Made by a program: the position numbers and the translations under genes. Positions 51,245-63,769 of a stretch of DNA of 64,000 nucleotides are shown here, piece by piece. Numbering within the stretch: the first letter of the stretch is position 1; each line of letters begins with the position of its first letter. The stretch covers positions 83,330,001-83,394,000 of the forward strand of contig NC_058368.1 in the NCBI RefSeq assembly GCF_018350175.1, written 5' to 3'. Under the pieces are notes generated by a model that searched no databases, was not told the origin of the DNA, and worked only from the letters and a program-made list of their open reading frames with translations. This DNA is from Felis catus. Its lineage: Eukaryota.

Positions 51245-52039
51245 ATATTTTATCATATTTTTAAATAAAACTTTTTGATTTAAGATACAGTAAAAAATAA
51301 AGCCACATTTTGTAGAAAATGTTTCCACTCCACATTTTGTTTCTTTTCATTATATTTGTCTTCCATTTCTAGGGTGTTACAAATGGAAACATCAAATGTG
51401 TGTATGATACAGTCCAAAAAATTGAGAGGTGATGCATTATCCTTCTCAATTCTTTTTGAAAGTGAAAGAATGTGTATATTTTATTCATTCATTTTGAAGC
51501 AAAAATATTGGAAATTGGTTTTCTAATCTGAAATCTCAAATATTGCAAGATCCTTATTTTATGGTCATGATAATTACTGTGTCAAAGAAAATAGGATTTG
51601 TATGTTTGAACCAACTGGTAATTCCCAATTTAGATACAGTCATTTGGAAAATGTTAGACAGGAAACCATGTCTGTGGTTTTATGGAACAAGTTCAACAGT
51701 GTTACACTTACCCTAAATATCTTTCCTGGTTAAAGCATGGTCTAGTTCAGTTAGATTAATGGTATTTTTTCACCATCCTTAATCACCTGGACTTCATCCC
51801 TCCAAGTTTACCCTTTTCCAGTTCGTGGGCACTGCTTTTAACATTTCTAAAATACAAGTCTGAGAACTTAATTACTTCCTGTAAAACTCTGAGTTAAGGA
51901 AAGGCAAGAGATGAGTATCTAAAATATCCCCCTAAATAAATAAATAAATAAATAAAAAAAATGAGTTTCCGTTGGAATATTTATTGTTCTGTTCAACCAT
52001 CTCCTTTGCTCACGTTGTATATATGAGATACAGTGTATC

Positions 52040-54000
52040 TATTTCCTTTCAGACTCCATGTGAACTTGAGGAGAATGTGTATTCTGCTGCTTTATGGTGA
52101 AATTTTCTGAATAAGTCTGTTAACTCCATTTGGTCCAGTGTGTCGTTCAAAGCCATTGTTTCTGTGCTGATTTTCTACTTAAACAATCTGTCCACTGGTG
52201 TAAGTAAAATGTTGAAGTCCCCTAAAGTTATTGTATTATTCTCAATGGGTCTCTTTATGTTTTAATTAACTGGTTTATATGTTTAAGTGTGCCACATGGG
52301 GGGCAAAATTATTTACAATTAACTGTTAGATCTTCTCAGTGGATAGACCCCTTAATTATGATCTAATGCCTTTCTTCATCTCTTGTTACAGTCTTTATTT
52401 TATAATCTAGCTTATCTGATATAAGTATGGCTACTTCAGCTTTGTTTTGATGTCCATTATCCTCATAGATGGGTTTCCATCCCCTCGCTTTCAATCTACA
52501 GGTGTCTTTAGATCTAAAATGAGTCTTTTGTAGGCAGCATATAGATAGGTCTTGTATTTTTTCAAATCCATTCTGATATGCTATTTCTTTTTTATTTGAG
52601 CATTTAGAACATCTTCATTCAGAGTGATTATTGAAAGATATGAATTCAGTTCTATTGTGTTGCTTGTAGAGTTGGTGCTTCTGGTGATATTCCCTGGTCC
52701 TTTCTAGGTTTCATTGCTTTTGGTCTGTTTTGCTTTTTTTTTGTTTTTGTTTTTGTTTGTTTCAACACTCAGATAGCCCCTCTTAACATTTATTGCAGGA
52801 CTAGTTTAGGGTTTACAACTCCTTTAGTTTTTATTTTTCTGGGAATCTCATATCTCTCCTTCTAATCTGAATGACAGCCTTGTTGGATAAAGAATTTTTG
52901 GCTATGGGGCACCTGGATCAGTTAGTTGAACATCTGACTTTGGCTCAGGTCATGATCTCATAGTTTGTGGGTTCAAGCCCTGCATCAGGCTCTGTTGGAG
53001 CCAGGAGATCTACTTCAGATTCTGTGTCTTCCTCTCTCTCTCTCTGCCCTCCCCCACTCATGCTCTCTCTCATTTTCAAATACAAATAAATGTCTAAAAT
53101 ATTAAAGAATTTTTGATACATATTTTTCACATTCAGCACTTTCAATATATCGTGCCATCCCTTTCTGACCTGTCCATTTCTCTGTGGATAGATCGGCTGT
53201 GAACCTGATCTATCTTCCCATGGGAAGGCTAAGAACTTTTTTCCCCTTGCTGCTTTCATGATTCTTTCCCTGTCTGTGTATTTTGTGTATTATGTCTTGG
53301 TCACGGTCCTTCTCTTGAATCTAATGGAACTTCTATGTGCTTCTTGGATTATGAGGTCTTACTCTTCCTCAGATTTGGGAAGTTTTCAGCTATAATATGC
53401 TCACATAAACATTCTGCTCACTTTTCTCTCTTTGTCTTCTGGTAGTCCTATGATATGAATATTATTCCTATTTAATAAGTCACTGAGTTGTCTCCATCTT
53501 GTATTGTGATTTTCTGTTTCTGTTTCCCTCTTTTTTTTTCAGATATTTTCATAATTTCATCTTCTATATCACTGATAACTATTCTGCTTCTTCCATCCTT
53601 GCCATCATCACATCCATTGGAGATTGCCTTTCAGTTTTGGATTTTTAATTTCAGACTTAATAGATTTTAGTTATTTTACTTCTGCAGATTGGGATTCTCT
53701 GATGTGTTCTATGGTTCTTTCAACCCCAGCTACTATTATTATAACTATGGTTTTAAATTTTAGTTCAGACATCTTACTTCTATCAGTATTGATTAAATTC
53801 CTGGTCATTTCTTCCTGTTCTCTCTTTTGGGGTGAATCCTTCCATTGCCAAGTTCTCTCACTCAAATTATGCAGATTGATATATGAATTGTCAGCTCAAT
53901 TTCCTAGGTGTTCAAAACAGTTTGATGCATATATACCTGTGTTTAGGAGATGAGACAAGCCCAGGGTTTCCATACCATTCAACTTTCTTAACTCCTCCCT
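52040..54000 (-). mobile_element. Older carnivore L1 5' part: ~155-nt 5' end joined directly to ORF1, then EN region
   Basis: Reverse strand reads agggaggagttaag...gagagaacttggcaa|tggaaggattcaccccaaaag (ORF1 KDSPQKREQEE), then degraded ORF1 and EN. Confidence 0.85.
52906..53102 (+). mobile_element. SINEC
   Basis: Flanking taaagaatttttg repeat. Confidence 0.87.
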
Positions 54001-54007
54001 CTGTAAT

Positions 54008-54290
54008 TGTTGAATCACTATATTGTACATCTGAAACTAATAAAAAACTGTATGTTAACTAATAGTAATTAAAATAAAAACTTAAAATAATAAATGTAAA
54101 TATATAGGCAGCTAGGTGTCTTGTCTGTTAGACATCTGACATTTGATTTTGACTCATGTCATGATTTCATGGTTTGTGAATTTGAGCCCTGTATCAGTCT
54201 CTGTGCTGATAGTACAGGGGCTCCTTAAAATTCTATCTCTTCTTCTCTCTCAGCCCCTTCCCCTTCTCAAAATAAATAAATAAATATAGT
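54008..54290 (+). mobile_element. Short L1 3' tip followed by an old SINEC
   Basis: gttgaatcactatattgtacatctgaaact; degenerate SINE body at ~54107-54285. Confidence 0.7.
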
Positions 54291-54299
54291 TATAAAATG

Positions 54300-56292
54300 A
54301 AAATATAAAGAGTAAACAGTCAGAGATGATGAAATCCATAAGTGAAATAAAGATATGGTAGTATTAAACAGTAGCATATGACAGAAGGTAGAAGAACAAA
54401 TCAGAACAATACAGGCTAATATAGAGCAAAGAAGCAGAGCAAAGAAAAATAATAATAACTTTAAAAATGATAATATATTAAGGGAACTAAACAAAATCAA
54501 ATGTTATAACGTTAGCATTATAAGGATACCAGATGAAGAAGAATGAAAGAAAGGGGCAGAAAATTTATTTTAAGAAATGACAGCTATAAACTTTCCTAAC
54601 CTGGGGAAGGAAACACACATCAAGGTCTATGCAGCAAAGAAATCTTTCTAAGAAAATTAATACAAAGAGGTCCACACCACAACACACTATACGTATAATG
54701 GCAAAAAGTACTGATAAAGTAATAATTTTAAAAGCACCAAGAGAAAAAAAGTTACTTAAGTGGGAAACCTATAAGGCCATCAGCTGAGTTTTCAGCAGAA
54801 TATTTGCAGGCTTGAAAAAAATGGCATCATATATTCAAAGTGGCAAAAGGAAAAAAAATGCCAGCAATAAAAAATACTCTACAGAAAGACTATATTCAGA
54901 ATATAACAGATAAGTTGTTTCCCATACAGTTAAAAGTTTAAGGATATTATCACCACTAAACTCTCATTAAAAGAATGTTTGGTTATGCATCCAACTCTTA
55001 ATTTTGGTTTAGGTCACGATCTCATGGTTTGTGGGATTGAGTCCCATGTTAGATTCCATGCTCACAGCATGGAATCTGCTTGGGATTCTCTCTATACCTT
55101 TCTCTATGTCACTTCCCCACTTGTATGTTCTGTCTCTCCTCAAATTAAAAAGAAAAAAGAAAAAAGAAAAGAAAAGAAAAGAAATGTTACAAGAATTTTC
55201 TTTGATTTTCTTTTCTTTGATAGGAAAAGTCCATGATAAGGAGTGAGAAATTTATCAGAGAAAACAATTTTACAAGTAATGCAAACATATAATTAAAGTA
55301 GTAAATAAGTCACTTATAAACTAGTATCAAGGTTAAAGTAAAAAAAAAGCAAGAAATTATATTATGTCTATAAAAGTTACTCAAGGCATTCACAAAATGA
55401 AAGGATGTAAATGATGGTATTATATAATACTAATTAACTATCAACTTAATGTAGACTGCTATGTGCATAAAATGTTATTTATGAATGTAGAGTTAACCAC
55501 AAATCTAAAACTTATAGTAGATGCCCAAAAAATAGACAATTAAAGCATCATACTATAGAATGCATCAACCCATAAGGGAAGAGTTAGCAAAGAAGGAAAA
55601 AACAGAGAACTACAAAAACAATAGCAAAACAAGTAATAAAATGGAACTAAGTACTTATCTATCAATAATACCTTGAATATAAGTGGGCCGAATGGTCCAA
55701 TCAAAATACATGGGGTGACTGAATGTACGAAAATGCATCATTTATCTATATGCTGCATATAAGGTAGTCACTTCAGACCTAAAGCCACATACAGACCAAA
55801 AGTGAAAAAATGGAAAAACATTTACCATGTAAATGGAATTGAAAAGAAAACAGGAGTAGCAATACTTATATCAGACAATATAGAAATTAAAACAAAGCTT
55901 GTAACAATAGACAAAGGACATTACATAATTATGAAAGGGTATAACAATTGTAAATGTTCATGCACTCAACATAAGAGCATATAAATGCATAAATCAAATA
56001 TTAATAGACATAAAGGAATAAATAAACAATAATACAGTAATAGTAGGGGACTTTTTCACTCCACTTACATCAATGCATAGATTATCCAGAAAGAAAATCA
56101 ATGAGGCGAAATTGCTTTTGAATGACACATTGGAACAGATGGACTTAACAGATACCTTTGAATCATTGCATCTGGAAACTGTGGAATATACATTATTTTA
56201 TAATGCATATGAAATATTCTCCAAAAACTCAACATTTTAGGCCACAAAACAAGTGTTACTAAAATAAAAAAAGATTGAAATCATATCATACC
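54300..56292 (+). mobile_element. Old L1: ORF1 C-terminus, long inter-ORF region, EN region; SINEC at ~54979-55180
   Basis: ctggggaaggaaac; GIEKKTGVAILISD; gacacattggaacagatggactta. Confidence 0.78.
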
Positions 56293-56856
56293 TAAGACAC
56301 ATGTTGATTGAAAATAAAGGGAGAGAAAACCATTTATTATGCTAATGATAAAAGAACAATATCATGCTAAAGCTAAAAGAACAATACTTATATCAAACAA
56401 AAGAGATCTTAAACAAAGAGTGTAGCAAGGACAAAGGAGGACACTACATAATGATAAAGGGAACAATCCACCAAAAGATAACAATAGTAAATATTTATAC
56501 ACCCAGCATGGATACACCCAAATACATAAAACAATTATTAACAAACATGCAATAAGAAGTCAATGGTAATACAATGATAGCAAGGGAATTTATACCCTAC
56601 TTATATCAATGCATAGATCATCCAAACAGAAAATTACGAAAAGAGTGGTTGTGAAAAGCACATTGGATCAGATTGATCTACCAGATAAATTCAGAATATT
56701 CTATCCAAAAACAGTGGGATACACATTATTATACACATTAGTTCCAGGGCACATGAAATATTCTCAAGAAGAGATTACATGTTGGACAGAAAGTGAGTAT
56801 CAACATATTCCATGTACTTTTTCCAATGACAACACTATGAAACTAAAATCAACCAT

Positions 56857-56895
<39 letters not shown>

Positions 56896-57288
56896 AGAAA
56901 AAAATCTTCAAAGAACACAAATACATGGAGGTTAAGTAATATGCCACTAAACAATATTGGGTTAAAGAATAAATCCGGGGGTGGCTGGGTGCCTTAGTCA
57001 GTTGTATGTCCGACTCTTGGTTTTGGCTCAGGTCAGGGCCTCATGGTTCATGGGTTCAAACTCCTTATTGGGATCTTCACTGTCAGTGCATAGCCTACTT
57101 AGGATTCTCTCTCTCTCCCTCTCTCTCTCTCTCTCTCCCCCCCTTCTCTCTCAAAATAAATAAATAAATAAACTTAAAAAAAGACATACAAGAGGAAATA
57201 AAACAATACATGGAGATGAATGGAAATGAAAACCCAATGGTCCAAAATCTTTGCGGTTGAGGAAAAGCTCCTCTAAGAGGGAAGATTA
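56293..57288 (+). mobile_element. Older L1 ORF2 fragment (host of the young L1; left part); SINEC at ~56977-57180
   Basis: DKGGHYIMIKG; STLDQIDL; ends ctctaagagggaagatta and resumes at 63770. Confidence 0.82.
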
Positions 57289-58213
57289 GGAACAGGGAAG
57301 ATGGCAGCATAAGAGGACACTGGGCTCACTGTGCGTCCTGCTGATCACTTAGATTCCACCTACACCTGCCTAAATAACCCAAAAAACCGCCAGAGGATTA
57401 GCAGAATGGATTCTCCAGAGCCAAGCGCAGAGGAGAGGCCCACGGAAGAGGGTAGGAAGGGCACCAAGGAGGAGAACGCTGCACAGACTGGCGGGAGGGA
57501 GCCGGGCGGAGGGGCAGACTGCCGGCCAAGCAGAGCCCCCGAGTCTGGCTTGCAAAAGCGGAGGGGCCAGACGGAATGTGTTCCGACAGCAAGCCGGACT
57601 TAGCATCTGTGAGGTCATAAGTTAACAGCTCTGCTTGGAAAGCAGGAAGGCTGGAGGAGAAAGGGAGGGAGAGTTGCTGAGCCCCTGGACAACAGAGCTC
57701 AGTTTGGCGGGGAACAAAGGAGCTAGCCAGCACCATCTCCATCGCCCATCACCCAGCCAAAATCCTAAAGGGAACCAGTTCCTGCCAGGGAATTTGCTTG
57801 CACCGGGCAAACACCCAACACTGTGCTTCTGCGGAGGACCCCTACAGCAGTGGGTCTGACTCCCTCCCGCTGCCACAGGGCCCCTCCTAAAGTGGATCAC
57901 CTTAGGAGAAGTGAGCTAAGCCTGCCCCTCCTGCCCCCGTGCACCTTGCCTACCCACCCCAGCTAATACGCCAGATCCCCAGCACCACAAGCCTGGCAGT
58001 GTGCAAGTAGCCCAGACAGGCCACACCACCCCACAGTGATTCCCACCCCGAGGAGAAAGGAAGAGAAGGCACACACCAGTCTGACTATGGCCCCAGCGGT
58101 GGGCTGGGGGCAGACATCAGGTCGGACTGCAGCCCCGCCCCCCAACTCCAGTTATACACCACAGCACAGGGGAAGTGCCCTGCAGGTCCTCACCACGCCA
58201 GGGACTATCCAGA
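57289..58213 (+). promoter_or_regulatory. L1 5'UTR (internal Pol II promoter region)
   Basis: GC/CpG-rich; begins with aagatggc, a YY1-type motif known at L1 5' ends. Activity not shown. Confidence 0.65.
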
Positions 58214-59099
58214 ATGATGCAACGGAAGAATTACCCTCAAAAGAATCTCCAGGAAATAACAACAGCTAGTGAACTGATCAAAAAGGATTTAATATAACAA
58301 AAGTGAATTTGGAATAATAGTCATAAAATTAATCACTGGGCTTGAAAACAGTATAGAGGACAGCAGAGAATCTCTTGCTACAGAGATCAAGGCACTAAGG
58401 AACAGTCACGAGGAGCTGAAAACCACTTTAAACAAGATGCAAAATAAAATGGAAACGTCCACGGCTCGGATTGAAGAGGCAGAGGAGAGAATAGGTGAAC
58501 TAGAAGATAAAATTATGGAAAAAGAGGAAGCTGAGAAAAAGAGAGATAAAAAAATCCAGGAGTATGAGGGGAAAATTAGAGAACTAAGTGATACACTAAA
58601 AAGAAATAATATACGCATAAATGGTATCCCAGAGGAGGAAGAGAGGGAAAGGTGCTGAAAGTGTACTTGAAGAAATAATAGCTCAGAACTTCCCTGATCT
58701 GGGGAAGGAAAAAGGCATTGAAATCCAAGAGGCAAAGAGAACCCCTTCAGACGTAACGTGAATCGATCTTCTGCATGACATATCATAGTGAAACTGGCAA
58801 CATACAAGGATAAAGAGAAAATTCTGAAAGCAGCAAGGGATAAACGTGCCCTAACCTGTAAAGGGAGACCTATAAGACTCCTGACTAATCTCTCTTTTGA
58901 AACTTGGCAGGCCAGAAAGGCATGGCAGGAGATCTTCAATGTGATGAACAGAAAAAATATGCAGGCGAGAGTCCTTTATCCAGCAAGTCTGTCATTTAGA
59001 ATAGAAGGAGAGATAAAGGTCTTCCCAAACAAACAAAAACTGAAGGAATTTGTCACCACTAAACCAGCCCTACAAGAAATCCTAAGGGGAATCCTGTGA
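58214..59099 (+). pseudogene. L1 ORF1p, frameshifted
   Basis: Fragments ARIEEAEERIGELEDK and WQEIFNVMNRKNMQARVLYPASLSF. Confidence 0.92.
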
Positions 59100-59149
59100 G
59101 ACAAAGTACCAGAGACATAGCTAAAAGCATAAAACATACAGACATCACA

Positions 59150-62100
59150 ATGACTCTAAACCCATATCTTTCTATAATAACAGTGAATGTAAATGGACTA
59201 AATGCACCAACCAAAAGACATAGGGTATCAGAATGGATAAAAAAAACAAGATCCATCTATTTTCTGTCTACAAGAGACTCATTTTAGACCTGAGGACACC
59301 TTTAGATTGAGAGTGAGAAGATGGAGAATTATTTATCATGCTACTGGATGCCAAAAGAAAGCTGGAGTAGCCATACTTATATCAGACAAACTAGACTTTA
59401 AATTAAAGGCTGTAACAAGAGATGAAGAAGGGCATTATATAATAATCACAGGGTCTATCCATCAGGAAGAGCTAACAGTTATAAATGTCTATACGCCGAA
59501 TACGGGAGCCCCCAAATATATAAAACAATTACTCATAAACATAAGCAACCTTATTGATAAGAATGTGGTAATTGCAGGGGACTTTAACACTCCACTTACA
59601 GAAATGGATAGATCATCTAGACACATGGTCAATAAAGAAACAAGGGCCCTGAATGATACATTGGATCAGATGGACTTGACAGATATATTTAGAACTCTGC
59701 ATCCCAAAGCAACACAATATATTTTCTTCTCGAGTGCACATGGAACATTCTCCAAGGTAGATCATATACTGGGTCACAAAACAACCCTTCATAAGTATAC
59801 AAGAATTGAAATTATACCATGCATACTTTCAGACCACAATGCTATGAAGCTCGAAATCAACCACAGGAAAAGTCTGGAAAACTTCCCAAAGCATAGAGGT
59901 TAAAGAAAACCCTACTAAAGAATGAGTGGGTCAACCGGGCATTTAGAGAAGAAATCAAAAAGTATATGGAAACAAACGGAAATGAAAATAAAACAATCCA
60001 ATCGCTTTGGGAATGCAGCGAAGGCAGTACTGAGAGGAACATACATTGCAATCCAGGCCTATCTCAGGAAACAAGAAAAATCCCAAATACAAAATCTAAC
60101 AGCACACCTAAAGGAAATAGAAGCAGAACAGCAAAGACAGTCTAAACCCAGCAGAACAAGAGAAATAATAAAGATCAGAGCAGAAATAAACAATATAGAA
60201 TCTAAAAAAACTGTAGAGCAGATCAACGAAACCAAGAGTTGATTTTTTGAAAAAATAAACAAAATTGACAAACCTCTAGCCAGGCTTCTCAAAAAGAAAA
60301 GGGAGATGACCCAAATAGATAAAATCATGAATGAAAATGGAATGATTACAACCAATCCCTCAGAGATACAAACAATTATCAGGGAATACTATGAAAAATT
60401 ATATGCCAACAAACTGGACAACCTGGAAGAAATGGAAAAATTCCTAAACACCCACACTCTTCCAAAACTCAATCAGGAGGAAATAGAAAGCTTGAACAGA
60501 TCCATAATCAGTGAAGAAATTGAATCGGTTATCAAGAATCTCCCAACAAATAAGAGTCCAGGACCAGAAGGCTTCCCAGGGGAGTTCTACCAGACGTTTG
60601 AAGCAGAGATAATAACTATCCTTCTCAAGCTATTCCAAGAAATAGAAAGGGAAGGAAAACTTCCAGACTCATTCTATGAAGCCAGTATTACTTTATTCCC
60701 AAACCAGACAGAGACCAGTAAAAAAAGAGAACTACAGGCCAATATCCCTGATGAATATGCATGCAAAAATTCTCAATAAGATACTAGCAAATCGAATACA
60801 ACAGCGTATAAAAAGAATTATTCACCATGATCAAGTGGATTCATTCCTGGGATGCAGGGCTGGTTCAACATTCACAAATCAATCAACGTGATACATCACA
60901 TTAATAAAAGGAAAGATAAGAACCATATGGTCCTGTCAATGGATGCAGAAAAGGCCTTTAACACAATTCAGCACCCTTTCTTAATAAAAACCCTTGAGAA
61001 AGTCGGGATAGAAGGAACATACTTAAAGATCATAAAAGCCATCTATGAAAAGCCCACAGCTAACATCATCCTCAATGGGGAAAAACTGAGAGCTTTTTCA
61101 TTGAGGTCAGGAACACGACAGGGATACCCACTCTCACCGCTGTTGTTTAACATAGTGTTGGAAGTTCTAGAATCATCAATAAGACAACAAAAGGAAATCA
61201 AAGGTATCAAAATTGGCAAAGATGAAGTCAAGCTTTCTCTTTTTACAGATGACATGATACTATATATGGAAAATCCGATAGACTCCACCAAAAGTCTGCT
61301 AGAACTGATACATGAATTCAGCAAAGTTGCAGGATACAAAATCAATGTACAGAAATCAGTTGCATTCTTATACACTAACAATGAAGCAACAGAAAGACAA
61401 ATAAAGAAACTCATCCCATTCACAATTGCAGCAAGAAGCATAAAATACCTAGGAATAAATCTAACCAAAGATATAAAAGATCTATATGCTGAAAACTATA
61501 GAAAGCTTATGAAGGTAATTGAAGAAGATATAAAGAAATGGAAAGACATTCCCTGCTCATGGATTGGAAGAATATTGTCAAAAATGTCAATACTACCCAA
61601 AGCTATCTACACATTCAATGTAATCCCAATCAAAATTGCACCAGCATTCTTCTCAAAACTAGAACAAACAATCCTAAAATTCATATGGAACCACAAAAGG
61701 CCCCAAATAGCGAAAGTAATTTTGAAGAAGAAGACCAAAGCAGGAGGCATCACAAGCCCAGACTTTAGCCTCTACTATAAAGCTGTAATCATCACGACAG
61801 CATGGTATTGGCACAAAAACAGACACATAGACCAATGGAATAGAATAGAAACCCCAGAACTAGACCCACAAATGTATGGCGAACTCATCTTTGACAGCGC
61901 AGGAAAGAACATCCAATGGAAAAAAGACAGTCTCTTTAACAAATGGTGCTGGGAGAACTGGATAGCAACATGCAGAAGGTTGAAACTAGACCCCTTTCTC
62001 ACACCATTCACAAAAATAAACTCAAAATGGATAAAGGACCTGAATGTGAGACAGGAAACCATCAAAACCCTAGAGAAGAAAGCAGGAAAAGACCTCTCTG

Positions 62101-62968
62101 ACCTCAGCTGTAGCAATCTCCTACTCGACACATCCCCAAAGGCAAGGGAATTAAAGCAAAAATGAATTACTGTGACATTATGAAGATTAAAAGCTTCTGC
62201 ACAGCAAAGGAAACAACCAACAAAACTAAAAGGCAACCAACGGAATGGGAAAAGATATTTGCAAATGACATATCGGACAAAGGGCTAGTATCCAAAATCT
62301 ATAAAGAGCTCAGCAAACTCCACACCTGCAAAACAAATAACCCAGTGAAGAAATGGGAAGAAAACATAAATAGACACTTCTCTAAAGAAGACATCCGGAT
62401 GGCCAACAGGCACATGAAAAAATGCTCAACGTCGCTCCTTATCAGGGAAATACAAATCAAAACCACACTCAGACATCACCTCACGCCAGTCAGAGTGGCC
62501 AAAATGAACAAATCAGGAGACTATAGATGCTGGAGAGAATGTGGCAAAACGGCAACCCTCTTGCACTGTTGGTGGGAATGTAAATTGGTGCAGCCACTCT
62601 GGACAACAGTGTGGAGGTTCCTCAGAAAATTAAAAATAGACCTACCCTATGACCCAGCAATAGCACTGCTAGGAATTTATCCAAGGGATACAGGAGTGCT
62701 GATGCATAGGGGCACTTGTACCCCAATGTTTATAGCAGCACTCTCAACAATAGCCAAATTATGGAAAGAGCCTAAATGTCCATCAACTGATGAATGGATA
62801 AAGAAATTGTGGTTTATATACACAATGGAGTACTACATGGCAATGAGAAAGAACAAAATATGGCCCTTTGTAGCAACGTGGATGGAACTGGAGAGTGTGA
62901 TGCTAAGTGAAATAAGCCATACAGAGAAAGACAGATACCATATGGTTTCACTCTTATATGGATCCTGA
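59150..62968 (+). pseudogene. L1 ORF2p (EN, RT, Cys-rich domain), several frameshifts and stops
   Basis: [27 protein letters not shown] (normally FADD), YLG, CWRECG...HCWWEC. Confidence 0.95.
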
Positions 62969-63226
62969 GAAACTTAACAGAAACCCATGGAGGAGGGGAA
63001 GGAAAAAAAAAGAGGTTGGAGTGGGAGAGAGCCAAAGCATAAGAGACTCTTAAAAACTGAGAACAAACTGAGGGTTGACGGGGGATGGGAGGGAGGGGGG
63101 GGGTGGGTGATGGGTATTGATGAGGGCACTTTTTGGGATGAGCACTGGGTGTTGTATGGAAACCTATTTGACAATAAACTTCACATATTGAAAAAATAAA
63201 TAAATAAAAAATAAAATAAAATAAAA

Positions 63227-63755
63227 TTCAGTAGACTTTCAAGTTATGTTCTACCAGGAGTTATTTTTGCATACACCTGCATTCCCCTCAGGAGATTGAT
63301 TCTTTATATAAACACTTTGCCATTAATTTATATCTTTGTCCAAACCCCTATGAGCATCTGTATCTACATATCAATACTCATACCATATTTATATCTATCC
63401 ATTTTATGTAACTAATGAATAGTTTACATTAAATTGTTTAAAGATCTTGAGATTACCTAGATGCCCTTAGCAATGTTGATGTTTCTCCTCTTTGGGGATT
63501 TGTACCTGCCATTCCTTTAGCTATGTTAATTTGAGAAAGCCAACTTTCTCTATCAGTCTGTCTGTTGCCTTATCAGTAATACTGGGATAACAGTACCTTC
63601 TGCCCATATCACAGGATGTTATTGAATCTTTAAAGCACATTCATGAATGTTTTTGAGTAAGATAACATATTTAAATAAGCTTCTAAAATTCCAGCATGCA
63701 AATGCACCATTATTGATTTAGAAAAAAATAAATGAAATCACATTATCAAAAAAAA
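63227..63755 (+). other. L1 3'-transduced unique DNA with its own poly-A signal and tail
   Basis: Lies between the L1 tail and the downstream TSD copy; AATAAA at 63727-63732; A-run from 63748; TSD aagagggaagatta at 57275-57288 and 63756-63769. Confidence 0.9.
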
Positions 63756-63769
63756 AAGAGGGAAGATTA

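Larger units (their letters stand above)
57289..63226 (+). mobile_element. Full-length L1_Fc-like LINE-1 (least degraded in window), ORFs disrupted
   Basis: CpG-containing 5'UTR, ORF1, ORF2 in long segments (437 aa and 268 aa), G-rich 3'UTR, A-rich tail at 63191-63226. Confidence 0.97.

Noticed and set aside
60852..62165. 437-aa ORF as an intact reverse transcriptase gene
   Set aside because: It is an internal fragment of a frameshifted L1 ORF2, and the FADD motif reads FTDD. The element cannot be autonomous as assembled.
63080..63114. G-quadruplex-forming tract
   Set aside because: Standard feature of L1 3'UTRs, repeated in the other copies.
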